From positions 352,001 through 416,000 of the forward strand of contig CAWGMQ010000008.1 of assembly GCA_963823665.1 (NCBI GenBank): DNA of 64,000 nt, written 5' to 3'. Both the position numbers and the translations under genes were made by a program. Positions 18,758 to 28,549 of this stretch are shown one piece after another. How positions within the stretch are numbered: position 1 is the first letter of the stretch; the number at the start of each line of letters is the position of its first letter. The notes below the pieces were generated by a model, which worked only from the letters and a program-made list of their open reading frames with translations, was not told the DNA's origin and made no database searches. This stretch comes from an uncultured Planctomycetota bacterium (GTDB lineage Bacteria > Planctomycetota > Planctomycetia > Isosphaerales > Isosphaeraceae).

Positions 18758-20206
18758 ATGGTTGCTGGAAGTGATCGGATCGACTGGGCGGATGTCCGCG
18801 ACCGGGTTAACCTGGCCGCCATCGCGACCGCCTTGCTTGGCCCCGCCGCCGGCCGCCGCGGGGAGGGTGGCCGCCGCCTCTGGTGGCCCTGCCCGTTCCA
18901 TGCTGACCGGAATCCGTCTTTCGCCGTCGAGCCTGGCAAGCCCTGGTGGCGATGCTACGGGTGCGGAGAGCACGGGGATGCCCCCGCGCTGGTGATGAAG
19001 GTTCAGGCAGTTACTTTCCCCGAGGCCGTTCGCTGGCTTGCCGAGCAATCCGGAATCGCGACGTCATCGAGCCGCCCCTGGCGCCCCTCGGGGAGAGAGC
19101 CGATCCGCCGGAGGCCCCCGGACGCTGGCCCCCTCAAAGCCCCTGAGAGGCCCGCCAAGCAGCCCTCGGGATTGCCCCTGGCCGATGCGTTGAAGCTAGT
19201 CGAAGATGCCGCCGAACGAATCTGGAGGCCCGAGGGACTGGTGGCCCTGGAATATCTCCGACGCCGTGGACTGACCGATGAGACAATACGTCAGGCCCGC
19301 CTCGGGTGGGCGCCCGATGTTTCCATTCCGGTGAAGGATGGAATCCGATACTGGCGAGTCTCTGGCATCGTCATTCCCTGGGTGGACCGTGGCCGCCTGG
19401 CGATGGTGAAGATCCGCCGACGCACGGGACAAGAGCCGAAGTATGCGGAAGCGTTTCGCGACCGCCCTTCGATCTTTCCGACCCCCGAGGCCGTTCGCCC
19501 TGGGAAGCCGCTGGTGATCGTGGAAGGGGAGTTTGACGCCCTCTTACTGGGTCAGGCCCTCGGGGAGCTGGCCGCCGTTGTGACCCTCGGTTCGGCATCG
19601 GCCCGCCCCGAGGGATCGACCTATCTGGCGATGCTTCCCGCCCCTGTCTGGTATCTGGCGACCGACGCCGACCCCGCTGGGGACACGGCCGCCGAAGGGT
19701 GGCCGGCCCGAGCGGTTCGCGTCGAGCCCCCCTCGGGGAAGGATTGGACCGAGGCCGCCCAAGCCGGGGTGGACCTGCGCCAATGGTGGACCGACCGCCT
19801 CGGGGGACTCGAGACCGCCCCGCCTGACCCGGCCCCCTGGAAGGTGTCGTCCTCGGGGGACGTCGAGCGAGACACGCAATCGCCCTCGGGGTCCGAGGCC
19901 CCCGCCGCCTCGACGCCCTGGCCGCCCCGCCCCGATGAGCTGGCAAGCTGGCCCCTTGAGTGGCGCGAACGCTGGGGAGCGCTGGCGAACGACCTGGAAG
20001 CCCGAGGGGTGTCGTTCCCCGAATCCGAGGCCGAAGCGTTCCGACTAGTCAAACGCGAGATGGAAGCCGGCCCCGTCGAGCTGTCTCGCCCGCCCGAGGC
20101 GTCGAGCCGCGCGGCGGAGGCCCATTTCGCGCAGGCGACGCTGTTCACTAGAAGTAGTGTACAAGATTCCGGTTTACGGGGGGGGGTACACTATAATGTT
20201 CACTAA
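18758..20206 (+). CDS. CHC2 zinc-finger/TOPRIM DNA primase-like protein (start uncertain)
   Basis: CPFHADRNPSF..CYGC, YLRRRGL, IVEGEFDAL, ATDADPAG, KDWTE. Confidence 0.88.
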   Translation: MVAGSDRIDWADVRDRVNLAAIATALLGPAAGRRGEGGRRLWWPCPFHADRNPSFAVEPGKPWWRCYGCGEHGDAPALVMKVQAVTFPEAVRWLAEQSGIATSSSRPWRPSGREPIRRRPPDAGPLKAPERPAKQPSGLPLADALKLVEDAAERIWRPEGLVALEYLRRRGLTDETIRQARLGWAPDVSIPVKDGIRYWRVSGIVIPWVDRGRLAMVKIRRRTGQEPKYAEAFRDRPSIFPTPEAVRPGKPLVIVEGEFDALLLGQALGELAAVVTLGSASARPEGSTYLAMLPAPVWYLATDADPAGDTAAEGWPARAVRVEPPSGKDWTEAAQAGVDLRQWWTDRLGGLETAPPDPAPWKVSSSGDVERDTQSPSGSEAPAASTPWPPRPDELASWPLEWRERWGALANDLEARGVSFPESEAEAFRLVKREMEAGPVELSRPPEASSRAAEAHFAQATLFTRSSVQDSGLRGGVHYNVH

Positions 20207-20230
20207 CAAAGTGTGATGACATGTTCACTA
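20142..20230. repeat. Cluster of TGT(T/A)CACTA repeats in both orientations
   Basis: tgttcacta at 20142, 20197 and 20222; inverted tagtgtaca at 20155; gtacacta at 20186; locally AT-rich. Confidence 0.65.
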
Positions 20231-20271
20231 AGTGAAATTGATGCGAATTGTGGCGAATTTCTTCCGACCAC

Positions 20272-20310
20272 ATACTTGCGTCGAGTCGAAGTATCTGGTA
20301 TCTTCGAGCC
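20272..20310 (+). promoter_or_regulatory. Sigma70-like promoter, probably leaderless, with overlapping inverted-repeat operator
   Basis: TTGCGT(20276)-17 bp-TATCTT(20299)-6 bp-ATG(20311); ATACTT...AAGTAT at 20272 and 20289. Confidence 0.6.
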
Positions 20311-20526
20311 ATGAGATACGCAAAGCTGAGTGACGAAATCAGGGAAGCGGTGAACGCCTCGGGGATGAGCCGTTACGCGATCGCCAAGGCCCTCGGGATT
20401 GCCGAATCCACGATGAGCCGATTCGCGAACGGCAAAGGCGGACTATCGATGGACATCCTCGACCGGCTGGCCGAACTGCTGGGATTACACATCGTCGTGA
20501 AGCGCACGAAGAAACATGGGAGCTGA
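20311..20526 (+). CDS. XRE-family HTH regulator
   Basis: SGMSRYAIAKALGIAESTMSRFANGKGGLSMDILDRLAELLGL. Confidence 0.9.
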   Translation: MRYAKLSDEIREAVNASGMSRYAIAKALGIAESTMSRFANGKGGLSMDILDRLAELLGLHIVVKRTKKHGS

Positions 20527-20529
20527 CCA

Positions 20530-22059
20530 ATGGCATCGTTTCGGAAGCATGGCAAGGTTTGGTATTACCGGTTCGTCGATGGGGACGGAAAGAAGCTTGA
20601 GCGGAAGGGTTGCTCCGACCGCCGGATGACTGAGGACATCGCCCGCGCCGCGGAATCCGAAGCCGCCAGTATCCGCGGTGGCTTGGCCAACCCGAAGGAA
20701 CTGGGCTATCGCGACCACGCAACCCTTTCAATCTCGGATCATACTACCGCGTGGGTGGAATCCCTCGAAGCTAAGGGCGCGACGCCCAAGCATGTCGAGC
20801 TGTTCACTCGACGCGCCCGGAGGGTTTTCGCGTTAGTCAGGGGAGCTAAGCTGGCCGAAATCGAGCCCGCGAAAAACGCAACGCGAGCGGACATCAAGAA
20901 AGCCGAGGAGAGTCTCAAGACGTGGGTAGAACCGGCGCGGCTGGCCGACCTGACCGAAGAGCGGGTTCAGAAAGCTCTGGCGACGCTGAAGGCGGAAGGA
21001 CGCTCGCATCAAACTTGTAATCATCATCGAGCCGCGGCCCGTGCATTCGCGAAATGGTGCCACGACACGCATCGGACACGCGATAACGCCCTTCGAGCGG
21101 TGAAGGGCTACAACATCAAGGAAGACCGCCGACACGACCGCCGGACGATTTCTCTCGATGAGCTACACAAGCTCATTCAGGCCGCGGACCGCGGACCCAC
21201 AGTGTTGGGAATTCCCGGCCCCGTTCGGGCACTGTGTTACCGGCTGGCCGTGGCGACCGGCTTGCGCTATGGCGAGATTAGCAGCATCACGCCCGAGTCA
21301 TTCAACTGGGATGCCCCGAGCGTCACTGTAACGGCCGCCTATACGAAGAACGGCGACCCCGCGACGCTTCCTCTTCCGGAAGACTTGGCGGACGACCTGG
21401 CCGCATTTGTAGCATCGGTTCCCGCTGGGGAGGCTATCTTCGCGTTGCCAAACGAAAAGGGCGCGGAAATGCTTCGGGTGGACCTGGAAGCCGCTGGCAT
21501 CGACTATCAAGACGCCTCGGGGTTGTTCTTCGACTTTCATTCCCTCCGATGCCAGACGGCGACTCTGGCCGACGCTGCCGGGGTTTCCCCGAGGGTTGTT
21601 CAGCGTCTCATGCGACATTCGACCCTCGAACTGACCGGCCGCTACACCCGCCCGCGAGCGGTCGACATCGAGGCCGCCGCCTCGATGCTGCCGAGCCTTA
21701 AGCCCGAGGGAAGCCGGCCCGATTCCCTGGCCGCGACCGGGACAGACGGCGGGGTTTCCCACCGACCTGCGTCCGAGGGAAGCGGAACGCCCTCGGCAAT
21801 CGCTTGCGAAATAGGCGTCGAAGACCGACGCATAAACGAAGCCCTTTCCCACCATTTTCCCAACGCAGAGCCCGGATCGGTGCGGAAACACGCGGACACT
21901 GGCGCGATGGAGGGTTTCGCCGTCGATTCGTCGAAGAAGCGCCGCACGCTAGAAAGGAAGGGGTTTGACGCACGCCGCGGCACACTGGCGGGTTCTGTCG
22001 GAAATACCGGGGAGGCGACTCGAACGCCTGACCTGCGGATTATGAGACCGCCGCTCTAA
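20530..22059 (+). CDS. Tyrosine recombinase/phage integrase
   Basis: Arm-binding N-terminus WYYRFVDGDGK; catalytic TGLR, TKNG, FHSLR, MRHS, RYT; ORF extends through the att/tRNA antisense. Confidence 0.95.
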   Translation: MASFRKHGKVWYYRFVDGDGKKLERKGCSDRRMTEDIARAAESEAASIRGGLANPKELGYRDHATLSISDHTTAWVESLEAKGATPKHVELFTRRARRVFALVRGAKLAEIEPAKNATRADIKKAEESLKTWVEPARLADLTEERVQKALATLKAEGRSHQTCNHHRAAARAFAKWCHDTHRTRDNALRAVKGYNIKEDRRHDRRTISLDELHKLIQAADRGPTVLGIPGPVRALCYRLAVATGLRYGEISSITPESFNWDAPSVTVTAAYTKNGDPATLPLPEDLADDLAAFVASVPAGEAIFALPNEKGAEMLRVDLEAAGIDYQDASGLFFDFHSLRCQTATLADAAGVSPRVVQRLMRHSTLELTGRYTRPRAVDIEAAASMLPSLKPEGSRPDSLAATGTDGGVSHRPASEGSGTPSAIACEIGVEDRRINEALSHHFPNAEPGSVRKHADTGAMEGFAVDSSKKRRTLERKGFDARRGTLAGSVGNTGEATRTPDLRIMRPPL

Positions 22060-22078
22060 CCAGCTGAGCTACCCCGGC
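22005..22078 (-). tRNA. tRNA with CAT anticodon (elongator Met or Ile2); CCA not encoded
   Basis: GCCGGGGTAGCTCAGCTGGTTAGAGCGGCGGTCTCATAATCCGCAGGTCAGGCGTTCGAGTCGCCTCCCCGGTA folds as a cloverleaf; lacks initiator hallmarks. Confidence 0.95.
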
Positions 22079-22088
22079 ATTGACTGAG

Positions 22089-22123
22089 AACGCCCTCGGA
22101 GCGAATCGATCTCCGAGGGCGTT
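22089..22123. repeat. Perfect 13-bp stem hairpin between integrase stop and tRNA leader
   Basis: aacgccctcggag-9 nt-ctccgagggcgtt; no clear U-tract. Confidence 0.7.
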
Positions 22124-22308
22124 ACCATTGACTGGTTCAAACTAACAGATCGATTGCTTGGCCGCAACTTCTCCACTGGACATCTGAGGTTCCGGCGGGT
22201 TTGGAGCGACGCGATCGTCTTCGCGGCTCTTCGCAATAGCGAGACGGCGAGCGAACGGGGGGTGCACGCCCACAAAGCCAGTGCCGTCCATCCGACACTC
22301 TCAGCGGT

Positions 22309-22332
22309 CGGCACACGGAGTGTGCCTGCTAC
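22309..22332 (-). repeat. GTAG-type REP-like palindrome, family C (GTAGCAGGCACACTCCGTGTGCCG)
   Basis: GTAG plus GGCACAC/GTGTGCC palindrome; single copy in the window. Confidence 0.55.
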
Positions 22333-22718
22333 ACAGCCCGACGCTCGCTCGCGCTCCAACTTCGAAATCGTCCGTCAACTTCCGCACAATCGACAACGAC
22401 CAACCACTTGGCGCCCGTCATGAACCGAGTTCCGATTCTTCGTGCGCCACACGCAACGAGAAAACCCGCGTGGAGTTGTGTCGATTCCGTGCGCGCCCGA
22501 TTATTCCTGCGCCACACGTAAGTCCAAGGCCCGCAAGGCCGTGGCGCATGTGGCGCAGAAATGAGGGGCTCGCAAATGTTTTCTCGAGGGCTCTTCTCAG
22601 CGAAACGCCCTGAACATTACCCTGGAAGGTTCGGAACGGCACTCGCCTGGCGCGAGTTGGCGCCGTGAACAAGTGCGACAGAGCTTCACGCTATCCGGGA
22701 TCAACCGAGCGAGACGAT

Positions 22719-24392
22719 ATGCCCCCGCAATACATCATGACCATCGAAAACCTCTCCAAGGCCTACGCCAAGAAGGAGGTCCTTCAGAATATCTGGCTCT
22801 CGTTCTACCCGGCAGCCAAGATCGGCGTCATCGGCGGGAACGGATCCGGCAAGAGCACGCTCTTGCGTATCATGGCGGGAATCGAGACGGACTTTCACGG
22901 GTCGGTGCGGCACGCGAACGGGATCACCATCGGGTACCTGTCCCAGGAACCCATGCTCGAGCCCGATCTCGACGTGCGCGGGAATGTGGAAACGGCCGTG
23001 GCGCCCATCCGCGCGCTGCTGGCGCGGTTTGAAGAGATCAACACCCGCATGGGCGAAGGGCCCGACGTCGACGAGATGGACCGGCTGCTCGACGAACAGG
23101 CCAACGTGCAGGCCGGGATCGAAACGGCCGACGCGTGGGACCTCGATCGCCGCATCGAAATTGCCATGGACGCCATGCGGCTGCCGCCGGGCGACGCGAA
23201 GGTCAGCACGCTCTCGGGCGGCGAACGCCGGCGGGTCGCACTCTGCAAAATCCTGCTCGAACGGCCGGACCTGCTGCTGCTCGACGAACCCACCAACCAC
23301 CTCGACGCCGAAAGCGTTGCCTGGCTCGAACGGACCCTTCAGGAATATGACGGCACCGTCGTGCTCGTCACCCACGACCGCTACTTCCTCGACAACGTCG
23401 CCAAGTGGATCCTGGAACTGGACCGCGGAAAAGGGATCCCGTGGGAAGGTAACTACTCGTCCTGGCTCGAACAGAAACAGGCGCGGCTGGCGCTCGAAGA
23501 GAAACAGGAGAGCTCGCGACGGAAACAGCTCGCCCGCGAGCTGGAATGGGTGCGCATGTCGCCGCGGGCCCGCGTGGCCAAGAACCGGGCGAGATTGCAG
23601 CGATACGAGCAGCTCGCGAGTCAGGATGCGGATAAGCGCGATGAGGCGATCGTGCTTCAAATCCCCCCGGGGCCGCACCTGGGTACGCTCGTCGTCGAGG
23701 CGAAGGACCTCGCCAAGGCGTATGGCGACAACCTCCTTTTTGAGGAGATGAACTTCCGGCTGCCGCCGGGCGCGATCGTCGGCGTGATCGGACCCAATGG
23801 TGCGGGCAAGACCACGCTGTTTCGCATGATCACCGGGCAAGAGACTCCCGATCGCGGCGAGCTTCGAATCGGCGATTCGGTGATGATCTCGTATGTCGAT
23901 CAGAACCGTGACGCCCTCACGGCGGAGAACACGGTGTTTCAGGAAATCACCGGCGGCCAAGATCCGGTTGTGCTCGGCAAGCGGAGAGTGCCGCCGCGTG
24001 CGTATGTCGCTCAGTTCAACTTCAAGGGGCCCGACCAGGAGAAGAGGGTTGGCAATCTCTCGGGCGGCGAACGGAACCGCGTGCATCTCGCCAAGCTGCT
24101 CAAGAGCGGCGGGAACTTGCTGCTGCTGGACGAGCCGACCAATGACCTCGATGTCGAGATGCTGCGGGCACTCGAGGAAGGCCTGGTCGACTTCGGCGGC
24201 TGCGCCGTCGTCATCAGCCACGACCGGTGGTTCCTGGACCGGATCGCAACCCATATTCTCGCCTTCGAGGGGGACAGCAAGGTTGTCTGGTGCGACGGCA
24301 ACTACCAGACTTATGAGGAACAGCGGCACGAGAGGCTCGGACTCGAGGCCGATCAGCCGCACCGGCTGAGATACAAGTCACTCACACGCTGA
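22719..24392 (+). CDS. ettA: Energy-dependent translational throttle ABC-F protein EttA
   Basis: [19 protein letters not shown], two ABC domains ([13 protein letters not shown]), ELEWVR linker, C-terminal PHRLRYK. Confidence 0.95.
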   Translation: MPPQYIMTIENLSKAYAKKEVLQNIWLSFYPAAKIGVIGGNGSGKSTLLRIMAGIETDFHGSVRHANGITIGYLSQEPMLEPDLDVRGNVETAVAPIRALLARFEEINTRMGEGPDVDEMDRLLDEQANVQAGIETADAWDLDRRIEIAMDAMRLPPGDAKVSTLSGGERRRVALCKILLERPDLLLLDEPTNHLDAESVAWLERTLQEYDGTVVLVTHDRYFLDNVAKWILELDRGKGIPWEGNYSSWLEQKQARLALEEKQESSRRKQLARELEWVRMSPRARVAKNRARLQRYEQLASQDADKRDEAIVLQIPPGPHLGTLVVEAKDLAKAYGDNLLFEEMNFRLPPGAIVGVIGPNGAGKTTLFRMITGQETPDRGELRIGDSVMISYVDQNRDALTAENTVFQEITGGQDPVVLGKRRVPPRAYVAQFNFKGPDQEKRVGNLSGGERNRVHLAKLLKSGGNLLLLDEPTNDLDVEMLRALEEGLVDFGGCAVVISHDRWFLDRIATHILAFEGDSKVVWCDGNYQTYEEQRHERLGLEADQPHRLRYKSLTR

Positions 24393-24419
24393 ACCATTCC
24401 TCGAAAAGGGAATCACTGC

Positions 24420-25146
24420 ATGTCACCGGAATTGATAGCGACGTATGCGATGCTGCTCGGACTGCTCGGCGCCCCTCCGGCCGGCGAGCCGAACGTCAAC
24501 ATGCCCACAGAGCTGATTCTCAAGCAGGGGGGCCAGATCGTCGCCATCGGCGACTCGATTACACAGGCCGGGGGTTACCTGCGGGATGTCGATGCCGTTC
24601 TCGCCAAGGCGTACCCGGCGCTCAGACTACCGCCCATTCACAACGTGGGAATCAGCGGGCAAAAAGCCGAAGACCTCGTCAAGCGATTCCAGAAGGATGT
24701 GGTGGACAAGAAGCCGGCGGTTGTCACGATCAGCGTGGGGATCAATGACGTCTGGCACCGAGTCGGCAATCCCCATGATCCGGGCGTGCTCGCCCAGTAC
24801 TGGACCAACGTATTCAAGATGGTGCAGATGGCTCAACAGGCTGGAATCAAGGTGATCTTGCTGGCGCCAACGGTGATTGGCGAGAACGCCGAGGAGGCTG
24901 CGAACAAGCGGCTGCGGATTTACGTCGAGGCCGAGAAACAGGTTGCGCGGGAAAGGAACTGCACGCTCATCGATCTGCACAACCTGTTCCTGACGGCGAT
25001 CGCCAAGCGGCCGAGCGACCTGGGGCGAGGCGACAAGTGGCTCACTTCGGATGGGGTGCACATGAGCCCGGCCGGCGATGCGCTCGATGGCGATCGGCAT
25101 GCTGCGAGCGCTGGGGGTTCCGGATCGGGAGATCGCGGGAAAGTGA
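24420..25146 (+). CDS. SGNH/GDSL hydrolase (indel near 25086)
   Basis: GDSIT, GISG, GIND, DGVH motifs. Confidence 0.9.
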
Positions 25147-25253
25147 TTCTTCGGTAGAATGAGGGGAGATCGCACCGACGTGCGAGGCACATGTTCCCCG
25201 TCTGAACCACGGTCTCACGACCGTGGTCACGTCCCTCTCGTGGACCAATCGTC

Positions 25254-25647
25254 ATGCCGGATCTTTCGGTCGAGCAGGAGGCGGTTGAAACTCTGTCGCC
25301 GTATCTGGACCGGCTGCTGGATGCGTATGCGGATGAGTTGAACGAATCGACGCGAAAGCGGAAGGCGTTTTTTGTCTTTCTGTTCGGTGGAATCAGCGGG
25401 TTGGCCGTCGAGCGCGGGCTGACTGCGGAGCAGGCGCAAGCGGTTGCCATCAGTTTGTTTTACCAGGAGCTGTCTATCCCGCCGATGGACGGGCTACGGG
25501 TGGTGGAATTCGGAGTTGAGGCTACGGCGGGCGAGACGCCTTGGTCGTACGCGGCGCAGGCGGGGGTGGATGAGTTCTTCTCGTTTCAGGCTGACCCGGC
25601 GCGTATGCACCGAGCGGACTGCGCTCGGTGCTCGACCGGGCGCCTGA
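25254..25647 (+). CDS. Hypothetical protein (3' end uncertain)
   Basis: Protein-like N-terminal ~120 aa of ORF 25254-25802, degenerating after ~25610. Confidence 0.5.
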
Positions 25648-25711
25648 GGTTGATCGGCCGGAGCCGACAAGCTGAACGGCCATTTGGCATTGGTAGTGAT
25701 CGAAGGTGCAC

Positions 25712-26179
25712 ATGTCCTTTGGGATGCGGAAGACAAGATGGGGTCTGCTCGCCGCACTGGTGCTGGCTTGCGGCGCGGGAATTGCGGTGTGGCAGGTCTT
25801 GATTCGGTCGAGCCTACGCGGGGCCGTTCCTGCCAACGCGATCATGGTGATCGCCCCTTACTGGTACAACGGTACGTGGGTATTCGACGATCCGGCGGTC
25901 GGGCTGAAGCGCGAGCCGTTTGTCGCGGGTGTACCGGCCATGATCGATCTGCTGGTAAAGGATATTCCGAATGCCAAGGAAGGGTTTCGGCTGACGTTTT
26001 CGGCGAATCCCTTTCCCGGACATCAGAAGAAGCTGACATGGCTGCGCGGGGATTCCGGTGGAAACTTTTACAAGCTGAATGACCCGCCGGTTGAAGGATG
26101 GATCTGCCCGGCGATGTTCAAATATTACAAAACGCCGCCGCCCAATCTTTACGTGCAGGCGGATCCGATCAGGCGGTGA
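25712..26179 (+). CDS. DUF6717-like protein with N-terminal TM
   Basis: NAIMVIAPYWYNGTWVFDD..GLKREPFVAG..FSANPFPG..GWICPAMFKY. Confidence 0.75.
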   Translation: MSFGMRKTRWGLLAALVLACGAGIAVWQVLIRSSLRGAVPANAIMVIAPYWYNGTWVFDDPAVGLKREPFVAGVPAMIDLLVKDIPNAKEGFRLTFSANPFPGHQKKLTWLRGDSGGNFYKLNDPPVEGWICPAMFKYYKTPPPNLYVQADPIRR

Positions 26180-26201
26180 ACGATGGATTCGGGAGACGCC
26201 C

Positions 26202-26909
26202 ATGACGGCAACTTTGGGTGACGCGTACCAGCAAGCGCTTGCACGCCGGCGCGCGGAAGAATCGACCGAACTTGCGACGATCAAAATCGAGCCCACGGAA
26301 ACTGTGGGGAACGAGTCCGATTTCGTCGGCATCGCGATCATGGACGAGTGCTCGCACAGCGACATGTACCATGGCCGAAGCACCGAGTTTCGTGTTGAGG
26401 CCGGAGAGCATCTGGTGACGGTGCATTTTGGGAGGCGGTATCGGGTCGCTGGGTATCTGGGACGGGCCAGGGTATCGCTCGCGGTGGTGGTTAAGCCGGG
26501 TGAGCAGCTTGACCTTGTTTATGGCGTTTCGCGCGATTGGATGTCCCCGCAGAGTACGCGGGATTTCTGGCCCCCGTTCTTGTGGGTCACAGGCGGCGTT
26601 CTGGCATTCGGAATCGGGTGGAACGTTTCTCCGCTCTTGCGGGAGGTCATCGCATCGACGACCGCGGCGCTGGGAATACGGCAACCGTGGCGATCTCTCT
26701 TTGGCTTCTTCGTTTCAACGAGAGAGGCAACGGCATTCGCCGCCATGTACGCCTGGCTGATCGTTGGGACAATCGTCCTGAGGATATTCGCGCGGCGGCT
26801 ACGTTTGCGGATGATGAGCGTCGAGAGTCCGTACGTTTTGATGCGCCGGTGCGATCTCGGAAGAGCATTGGCCCGGTCCGAAAAACCATACGTGGACCCC
26901 TTCGAATGA
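26202..26909 (+). CDS. Hypothetical membrane protein
   Basis: GGAG RBS; two hydrophobic segments; ATGA overlap with the next gene. Confidence 0.6.
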   Translation: MTATLGDAYQQALARRRAEESTELATIKIEPTETVGNESDFVGIAIMDECSHSDMYHGRSTEFRVEAGEHLVTVHFGRRYRVAGYLGRARVSLAVVVKPGEQLDLVYGVSRDWMSPQSTRDFWPPFLWVTGGVLAFGIGWNVSPLLREVIASTTAALGIRQPWRSLFGFFVSTREATAFAAMYAWLIVGTIVLRIFARRLRLRMMSVESPYVLMRRCDLGRALARSEKPYVDPFE

Positions 26910-27679
26910 GCGATACCCTTCTTGTCGAATCCGAGGGCGGCATTGTCCGGTTGACGCTCAACCGCCCCGAGAAACGAAATGCGCTTTCGCTAGAATTGCT
27001 CACACGGCTCGAAGGCGCGATTGAACGGATCGCGGCCGATCCGGACGCGCGGGTGGTCGTGCTGGGATCGCGCGGGCCGGTGTTCTGCTCGGGGCATGAC
27101 CTGGCCGAGATGGTCGGGCGGAGCGAGCAAGACTATCGGGGGCTGTTCGACCTTTGCACGCGGGTGATGCTGGGATTGCGGCGGCTGCCGCAGCCGGTGA
27201 TCGCGCGGGTGCAGGGAATTGCAACGGCCGCCGGATGCCAGCTCGTGGCGGCTTGCGACCTGGTCGTTGCTGCCCAGGAGGCAACGTTTGCGACCCCCGG
27301 CGTCAAGATCGGGCTGTTTTGCACCACGCCGATGGTGCCGCTCGTCCGCGCAGTGCCGGCGAAAGCCGCGATGGAAATGCTCCTGACGGGCGAGGCGATC
27401 CCGGCGGGGCGTGCGCTGGAGCTAGGGCTGGTGAATCGCGTGGTTCCGAGCGGTGAACTGGATGCGGTCATCGCGCAATGGACCAAGGTGATCCTGTCGA
27501 ACAGCCCGCTCGTCGTCCGGACTGGAAAACACGCGTTTTACGCAATTGAGGGGCTCGACGAGGCGGCTGCGTATGATTGCGCGGTGCCGATCATGACGAG
27601 CAACGCGCTCTACTCCGATGCCCAGGAGGGGATCTCGGCATTTTTGCAGAAGCGGTCGCCGCGGTGGACCAATTCATGA
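26906..27679 (+). CDS. Enoyl-CoA hydratase/isomerase family protein
   Basis: [40 protein letters not shown]. Confidence 0.93.
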   Translation: MSDTLLVESEGGIVRLTLNRPEKRNALSLELLTRLEGAIERIAADPDARVVVLGSRGPVFCSGHDLAEMVGRSEQDYRGLFDLCTRVMLGLRRLPQPVIARVQGIATAAGCQLVAACDLVVAAQEATFATPGVKIGLFCTTPMVPLVRAVPAKAAMEMLLTGEAIPAGRALELGLVNRVVPSGELDAVIAQWTKVILSNSPLVVRTGKHAFYAIEGLDEAAAYDCAVPIMTSNALYSDAQEGISAFLQKRSPRWTNS

Positions 27680-27727
27680 TGGGACGCGGATCGCGGCGGG
27701 ATGCGTGTAGCGAGGGACCACGATTCC

Positions 27728-27753
27728 GGACGGTCCGCAACGGCGGACCCTAC
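27728..27753 (-). repeat. GTAG-type REP family B (GTAGGGTCCGC-N4-GCGGACC); other copies 31654-31679, 37236-37262, degenerate 34788-34811 and 39768-39790
   Basis: Five intergenic copies; GGTCCGC/GCGGACC palindrome next to GTAG. Confidence 0.8.
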
Positions 27754-27885
27754 GACTTGGGGGGGTTGCGACAAATTGACGGGGTGCACGCGTGACTTTG
27801 ATTTCGAAATAACTCAATTGCGGGCCAGGGTTTTGTTATAATCGCGTGCATCGAGGTTCTGCTGCTTATTGATGCGGGGGCAGCC

Positions 27886-28530
27886 ATGCGTACCGTGGAC
27901 GCGTTTCTCGATTTTTGCGATCTGGTCAATACGCAGGACTATCATGAATGCTGGTCCATAACGTGGCTCGACACCCTGCGGAACGGGAGATCTCTCGCGT
28001 TGCGCCTGGGTGTGCACACGGGGCTGGACGATATGCCGGACCAGGTCTGGGAAGTGGGCACGCGGTATACGCGCGTGTTCTCGCTGGTCGACTTTGAGTT
28101 CACGGCGTGGACCATCTCAGACGACCACGTGTTGCTCTGGGACGATCAGGAGCCGTTCAACCAGCTTAATTTCCGTGGTCCGGCGTCGAGCCACGGCGAG
28201 ATTCTCTGGGATTTGTTCGAGCGTCATCGGGAGATTGCCGGTCACTGGATTCCGTTCGAGCGGTATATCAATCCCGCGTTTCTCGAGAACCGGCTTTCCG
28301 GCGGGTGCGGAGTTCTCGCCGACGGCCCGGACCGTCTGCTGCGCGAGTATTCGGCGGTGCTCAAGGAAAGCGACCTCGAGCCGTATTTTCCCTATTCACC
28401 GCGTCCGCCTCACTGGTGGGACGATGAGAACCGGCGCTGGGAAGACGGCGACCAGAACCTCTCGGTGCTGATCCTGGGCAGCTCGTCGTATATCGTGGGT
28501 ACCGAGTTCTTCGCGAATCGACTCGAATAA
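27886..28530 (+). CDS. Hypothetical protein
   Basis: 214-aa ORF with globular composition; TTATAAT-like -10 upstream. Confidence 0.7.
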   Translation: MRTVDAFLDFCDLVNTQDYHECWSITWLDTLRNGRSLALRLGVHTGLDDMPDQVWEVGTRYTRVFSLVDFEFTAWTISDDHVLLWDDQEPFNQLNFRGPASSHGEILWDLFERHREIAGHWIPFERYINPAFLENRLSGGCGVLADGPDRLLREYSAVLKESDLEPYFPYSPRPPHWWDDENRRWEDGDQNLSVLILGSSSYIVGTEFFANRLE

Positions 28531-28549
28531 TCGCCGAGCGCTCGACGTC

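Larger units (their letters stand above)
7886..22056 (+). mobile_element. tRNA-integrated element, ~14.2 kb, phage-satellite/IME-like (int, XRE, primase, DUF3987, AlpA-like)
   Basis: Flanked by identical 52-bp repeats; tyrosine integrase abuts the tRNA; replication genes present; no capsid, tail or conjugation genes recognised. Confidence 0.9.

Noticed and set aside
7886..22056. Complete prophage or conjugative element
   Set aside because: No capsid, portal, large terminase, tail, relaxase or T4SS genes recognised.
22701..24362. Long antisense ORFs (e.g. 553 aa opposite ettA; also opposite TPR, MFS, HtrA and kinase genes)
   Set aside because: Shadow ORFs typical of high-GC codon bias; the opposite strand carries the recognisable protein.
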